Part shown: one piece after another, positions 57,830-64,000 of the stretch
Layout: every line of letters starts with the position of its first letter
How positions within the stretch are numbered: the first letter of the stretch is position 1
Source of the DNA: an uncultured delta proteobacterium
Lineage (GTDB): Bacteria > Myxococcota > B64-G9
Direction of reading: 5' to 3'
NCBI GenBank assembly: GCA_963754925.1
Contig: CAVWHX010000004.1
Span: forward strand, 988,506-1,052,505
DNA length: 64,000 bases
Position numbers and translations under genes: made by a program
Notes under the pieces: generated by a model
The model's input: the letters and a program-made list of their open reading frames with translations, nothing else
Database searches by the model: none
What the model was told of the DNA's origin: nothing

Positions 57830-58556
57830 TTCGCTACAGGCCGATCAACTCGCCCAGCGCGTCGCGGGCATTCTCGATTCGAACGTACGGATTACATACG
57901 TCCGTCATCTGCTTCAGAAGATGGATGTGGTGCAGGTGGCAGACCTCATCACGACTACAAAGGTCAATGCAGAAAAGAAAAACCCCTTATACTCAGATCT
58001 ACTTCTATACGTTTTTTTAGCTCTCTCCGACGAATCCTGCGAACGGCTCAAGCACGCAGTCGCGGCCCTATTGCATTCTCGCGACCAGCACGCTTTATCG
58101 AAAATGCTCTTACAATCTCCTGACGATATTGATCGCCAGGGCATACGCGTACCAGACTTTGGGCTCGGGCGACAAGTGACACTCGGTGAGCGAAAAGCCT
58201 TTGCAAGGAAAAGCGCAAGGGAGACGATTGCTCGCGCGCTTCGAGATCCAAATGTTTCGGTGATTCGAATATTGTTGGACAATCCAGCGCTCACCGAACT
58301 CGACGTCGTCCGCATATGCGCGCGTCGTTTGATTCTTCCGGAAATCCTGCGCGAGGTCTTTCGAAGCTGGCGCTGGATCGTGCGGAACAGCGTAAAAATG
58401 GCGATTGTTCTAAACCCGAATACGCCCCTCGATATTTCCCTTCAACTCCTTCCCCAATTGACATCACCGGATCTTCGCCGAGTCATCACAACCCCGAATC
58501 TTCCTCAAGAGCTTTACGAATCCTGTCAACGGTTGTTGCCGCGAACGCCCAAGTAA
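57810..58556 (+). CDS. hypothetical protein with leucine-rich-repeat-variant / HEAT-like repeats
   Basis: 248-aa ORF with repeated xNPxxP...L motifs (LLDNPALTELDVVRI, IVLNPNTPLDISLQLL, TTPNLPQELY). The start is uncertain because its 5' end overlaps the SEC-C fragment. Confidence 0.5.
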   Translation: MTLTGSTSLQADQLAQRVAGILDSNVRITYVRHLLQKMDVVQVADLITTTKVNAEKKNPLYSDLLLYVFLALSDESCERLKHAVAALLHSRDQHALSKMLLQSPDDIDRQGIRVPDFGLGRQVTLGERKAFARKSARETIARALRDPNVSVIRILLDNPALTELDVVRICARRLILPEILREVFRSWRWIVRNSVKMAIVLNPNTPLDISLQLLPQLTSPDLRRVITTPNLPQELYESCQRLLPRTPK

Positions 58557-58645
58557 ACAGCCACGTTCACGAAGCATAAGGGTTGACTCAGGACCAGATA
58601 AGTGTATACTACAAGTAGGCACATTGATTTTGTGAAGGAGTCCCT

Positions 58646-58894
58646 ATGGAAGTAACCGCAAAAGAATTACGGGGGAAACCCGGCCAAATCATAGAACAAG
58701 CAGCCCGCGGAACCGAGGTTGTAATAACCATACGCGGGAAGAAAAAAGCTAAGCTCATTCCTTATAAGAACAAGAGCGAGAGGAAGGATACCCACGATAA
58801 GGAGGATAAGATATTTGGATTATGGGAAGATCGTAGAGATTTAGAATCGGTGGAGGGGTATGTTCGTTTGAAAAGAAGAAGGAGATCGTTTTGA
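58646..58894 (+). CDS. Phd/YefM-family type II antitoxin
   Basis: Small protein with the Phd/YefM-like N-terminus (ELRGKPGQIIEQAARGTEVVITIRGKKKAKLIP). ATGA overlap with the downstream PIN gene. Confidence 0.8.
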   Translation: MEVTAKELRGKPGQIIEQAARGTEVVITIRGKKKAKLIPYKNKSERKDTHDKEDKIFGLWEDRRDLESVEGYVRLKRRRRSF

Positions 58895-59268
58895 TCATTG
58901 ACACGGACGTACTCATTTGGGAATTGCGTGGTAACGCCAAAGCCCAAAAAACAATCCATGAGAATATTCCATTTAGTATTTCGGTTGTTACCTATATGGA
59001 AATTGTGCAAGGAATGAGAAACAAAAGCGAACTTAGTAGCTTTATCAAGCAATTAACCAAGTGGGACGTGAATATCATACAAATCAGTAAGGATATTTCT
59101 ACCCGCGCCATGATTTATGTTGAAGAGTGTTTCTTGAGCGCTTCCATGGAACTTGCGGATGCGTTGATTGCAGCGACGTGTGTAAATAACTCAGAAATAT
59201 TACTGACGGCGAACGAAAAGCATTACCGGCATATCCCCACTATACAATTGAAAAAATTTAATCCGTGA
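58891..59268 (+). CDS. vapC: PIN-domain ribonuclease toxin (VapC family)
   Basis: MIIDTDVLI start (first acidic residue). YMEI and LADALIAAT segments supply the remaining PIN acidic residues. 125 aa. Confidence 0.85.
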   Translation: MIIDTDVLIWELRGNAKAQKTIHENIPFSISVVTYMEIVQGMRNKSELSSFIKQLTKWDVNIIQISKDISTRAMIYVEECFLSASMELADALIAATCVNNSEILLTANEKHYRHIPTIQLKKFNP

Positions 59269-59333
59269 TCAGCTAACAATCGCTTCGACCGGTGACTCGG
59301 GCCATGAGTGCCCTTGCTGATTAAGCGTATGTT

Positions 59334-62069
<2,736 letters not shown>

Positions 62070-62179
62070 GGCCTCAGCCTCCGCTGCTATAAACGGTTGG
62101 GCAGTTTAGCACCACCAGGTGGTTGAATAAAGAAAAAACCCTTTTAGCAGATGAGAGGTTGGCAACCACTACGTTCAAA

Positions 62180-63223
62180 TCAGAGCGTAGCCGACTCATT
62201 ATTTTTGCTCAGCCCGGCGGGAATGCCCGATTCGCAGGGCACGCCGGTTGAGCACAGGCCGCATCCATAAATAAAGAGATGGTATTTGGCGTTGCAGTAG
62301 TTAATTGATTTCGCAATCCGCTGGTAGCATGCCTCCTTATCATGTGCGCGCTCCCGCGATATCGCGTCGACCGGACACCTCTTCAGGCACTTGAGGCATT
62401 CTTTCCCCTGGTACTGAAGGCAGAAGGCGTGTATATCTTCCGGCCTTTTGCGGTTCGGTCTAAGCCGGAGGTTTACCACGAAACTCCCGCACCGGTGCGC
62501 CGCCCCCTTTTCAGTGATGAGGAAGTCATGCATGCCGAACGTTCCGAGGCCGGCCGCGTAGGCCATGTGTCGATGGGACCAGGGCGATGCCCAGCCCACG
62601 TCGGGATACCGCTTTTTTCTAAATAACGGCGTGACATCCGCCGATACGGCCAGCACACCCCGGTCCATCAAGGTGGTGACCAGCTCTCGAACGATGATCT
62701 GGCTGAATATCTCCCCGTTGAGCCTGGTCTGCGCCCATCGCTCTGATGGCCATTCAATCTGCTTTGCGTTCTCCTGTTTTGTCCTGCGGGTTATCGGCAA
62801 TATAAATGAAACAACCGATAGATCCTTCGCTGCGGGAGGAGGCACGTGGTTGTTCTCCGCTTGCCAAGCCATGATCTCATAGGGAGTGTAATGATGCGGA
62901 CCGATAATTCGTTTATATTCGGCGAGCAGGGAATCATCACCATTGATGAATCCTACCAGCGGCTCATCGTATATTTTCTCTCCGCTAAAGGGATATTCCA
63001 TGCTGTTTTCGTGATGGGTGGCCACCTTGTCCGTAATTGTTTTGATAAACCATGCTTCATTTATGGCGGTCTCGGATGCCGCGGAAGCTGAATTCATGTT
63101 CAATATCGGCTGCTTCGGATGTCCCAAGCCGCGCATTTCGCCAAGCGCGTTCATGATGCCGCCGACGTCACTCAGCATGGATAATTTTCTATACCTGCTT
63201 TTCATTTTTTTGTGTTTCATCAT
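62180..63223 (-). CDS. Fe-S protein of the epoxyqueuosine reductase / reductive dehalogenase-like superfamily
   Basis: C-terminal ferredoxin-type motifs (CLKCLKRCP, CGLCSTGVPC) after a roughly 250-aa domain resembling the QueG/RdhA substrate domain (PLVGFINGDDSLLAEYK). The assignment to that superfamily is from memory of the pattern. The start is uncertain. Confidence 0.55.
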   Translation of the reverse strand: MMKHKKMKSRYRKLSMLSDVGGIMNALGEMRGLGHPKQPILNMNSASAASETAINEAWFIKTITDKVATHHENSMEYPFSGEKIYDEPLVGFINGDDSLLAEYKRIIGPHHYTPYEIMAWQAENNHVPPPAAKDLSVVSFILPITRRTKQENAKQIEWPSERWAQTRLNGEIFSQIIVRELVTTLMDRGVLAVSADVTPLFRKKRYPDVGWASPWSHRHMAYAAGLGTFGMHDFLITEKGAAHRCGSFVVNLRLRPNRKRPEDIHAFCLQYQGKECLKCLKRCPVDAISRERAHDKEACYQRIAKSINYCNAKYHLFIYGCGLCSTGVPCESGIPAGLSKNNESATL

Positions 63224-63382
63224 CGAGCCTTCCGTATAATTTCGACGGGTTGCTAAAACTATACTACTTGTATCCCTATTAAAGACATAATCATATCGTG
63301 AGATAATTCGCGACCAAAATTGGGCAGGTTCTGCGCGCGCCAGATTTATGTCGTAATGGTTAAAATGTGCAGCGCGGGGAGA

Positions 63383-64000
63383 CTACGTTGGCATCAGAAA
63401 GGAGAAATTATTGAGCACGGTGCAGAAGTTCTGGAGCGAGCGATCCAGGACACAGAATCGGCCGCTGCACGTATCACCGGCGGTAACGTCGCTGCAATCA
63501 GTATCGGTCGCGCATGTCAGCTTATTATTTATTTGGCATACACCAACTTGGCAAGAATAGTTTGTTACGCATGGGGTGCTGTTGGTGCAAGGCTGACCCG
63601 CTGCTACGGGTGCTTTACACGACCCAGGGTTACCACCCGTTGTCGCAAGTGAGCACACTCCGGTTGCAGGTGGCACACAATACAAATCTGTCGCGCATTC
63701 GTTGGTGTTACAACACGGTGCATTCTCAGCTTTCAGAGCGGCGCAAGCACAACCGGGCGCCACAAAACTACATACCGGACCGGTAGAAGTTGTAGCTGTT
63801 GATGCACAATACAAATTTTCCTTGCAATCATTGAGAGAATAATAATAACAAGTCTCGCCACTGCCAATCTTAGAAATACATTTACCGGCACTGCCGTCAA
63901 CAGTTCCCTCGCACGTCGTATCCGTGACGCACTCAAATGAATTAAAGCAATCTCCGCCCGCCGCAACCTGCCCTTGAAGCGCAACTGCACAGTTGGTAGT
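63383..64000 (-). CDS. Cys-rich repeat secreted protein (Dickkopf-like repeats), 5' end outside the window
   Basis: The frame of ORF 63383-63814 stays open up to base 64000 (618 nt, which is 206 codons). Repeated G-x-x-C...C...(L/Y)-Y-C...G-x-C modules. Confidence 0.6.
   Translation of the reverse strand, partial: TTNCAVALQGQVAAGGDCFNSFECVTDTTCEGTVDGSAGKCISKIGSGETCYYYSLNDCKENLYCASTATTSTGPVCSFVAPGCACAALKAENAPCCNTNECATDLYCVPPATGVCSLATTGGNPGSCKAPVAAGQPCTNSTPCVTNYSCQVGVCQINNKLTCATDTDCSDVTAGDTCSGRFCVLDRSLQNFCTVLNNFSFLMPT

Overview
This 64 kb window looks like core chromosome from a moderately GC-rich Gram-negative bacterium. The domain repertoire suggests a Myxococcota or delta-proteobacterial lineage: an MJ0042-type zinc ribbon with GYF and TPR, FHA-TPR, REC-PilZ-GAF, OmpA with thrombospondin-type-3 repeats, and Dickkopf-like Cys-rich proteins. 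This taxon call is inference only.

Recognisable content:
- A peptidoglycan turnover neighbourhood: mltG, ruvX, ldcA, a class C-like serine hydrolase, mpl, a NodB deacetylase, PBP1A and a DUF1460 amidase-like gene.
- tRNA-Ser(UGA).
- Housekeeping genes glpX, dnaE, serS, thrB, thrC with an ApgM-like gene, the rpsB-tsf-pyrH-frr-uppS-dxr block, and secA.
- Many signalling proteins and a 2502-aa TPR giant.

I found no rRNA, CRISPR array or intact mobile element.

Most notable observations:
1. Four otherwise conserved genes (ldcA, an FHA-TPR gene, a REC-PilZ-GAF gene and dxr) are each split by a 1-nt frame change located exactly at a short A/T run. Homopolymer sequencing or assembly error explains this better than real pseudogenisation, because dxr is normally essential.
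2. A family of composite intergenic hairpin repeats sits at four loci (about 10.45, 21.9, 46.8 and 51.7 kb). Loop ends are conserved (TG...CTT, 17-21 nt). The 8-10 bp stems differ between copies but stay perfectly complementary. A second TACCCC/GGGGTA hairpin often follows.
3. A visibly AT-rich mosaic segment (about 55.1-57.6 kb) lies next to secA. It carries an orphan lipoprotein gene, a 5' remnant of a tyrosine integrase and a PhzF-family gene. It is followed by a start-less copy of the secA SEC-C tail and a Phd/VapC toxin-antitoxin pair.
4. Two gene pairs of unclear function: a DAG-kinase-fold protein with a 679-aa unknown protein just upstream of thrB, and thrC translationally coupled to an ApgM-like proposed homoserine kinase although a canonical thrB is 5 kb away.

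None of these is demonstrably a new system from sequence alone. The repeat family and the secA-proximal mosaic are my best candidates for follow-up. All product calls rest on motifs I recognise in the supplied translations. No database search was run.
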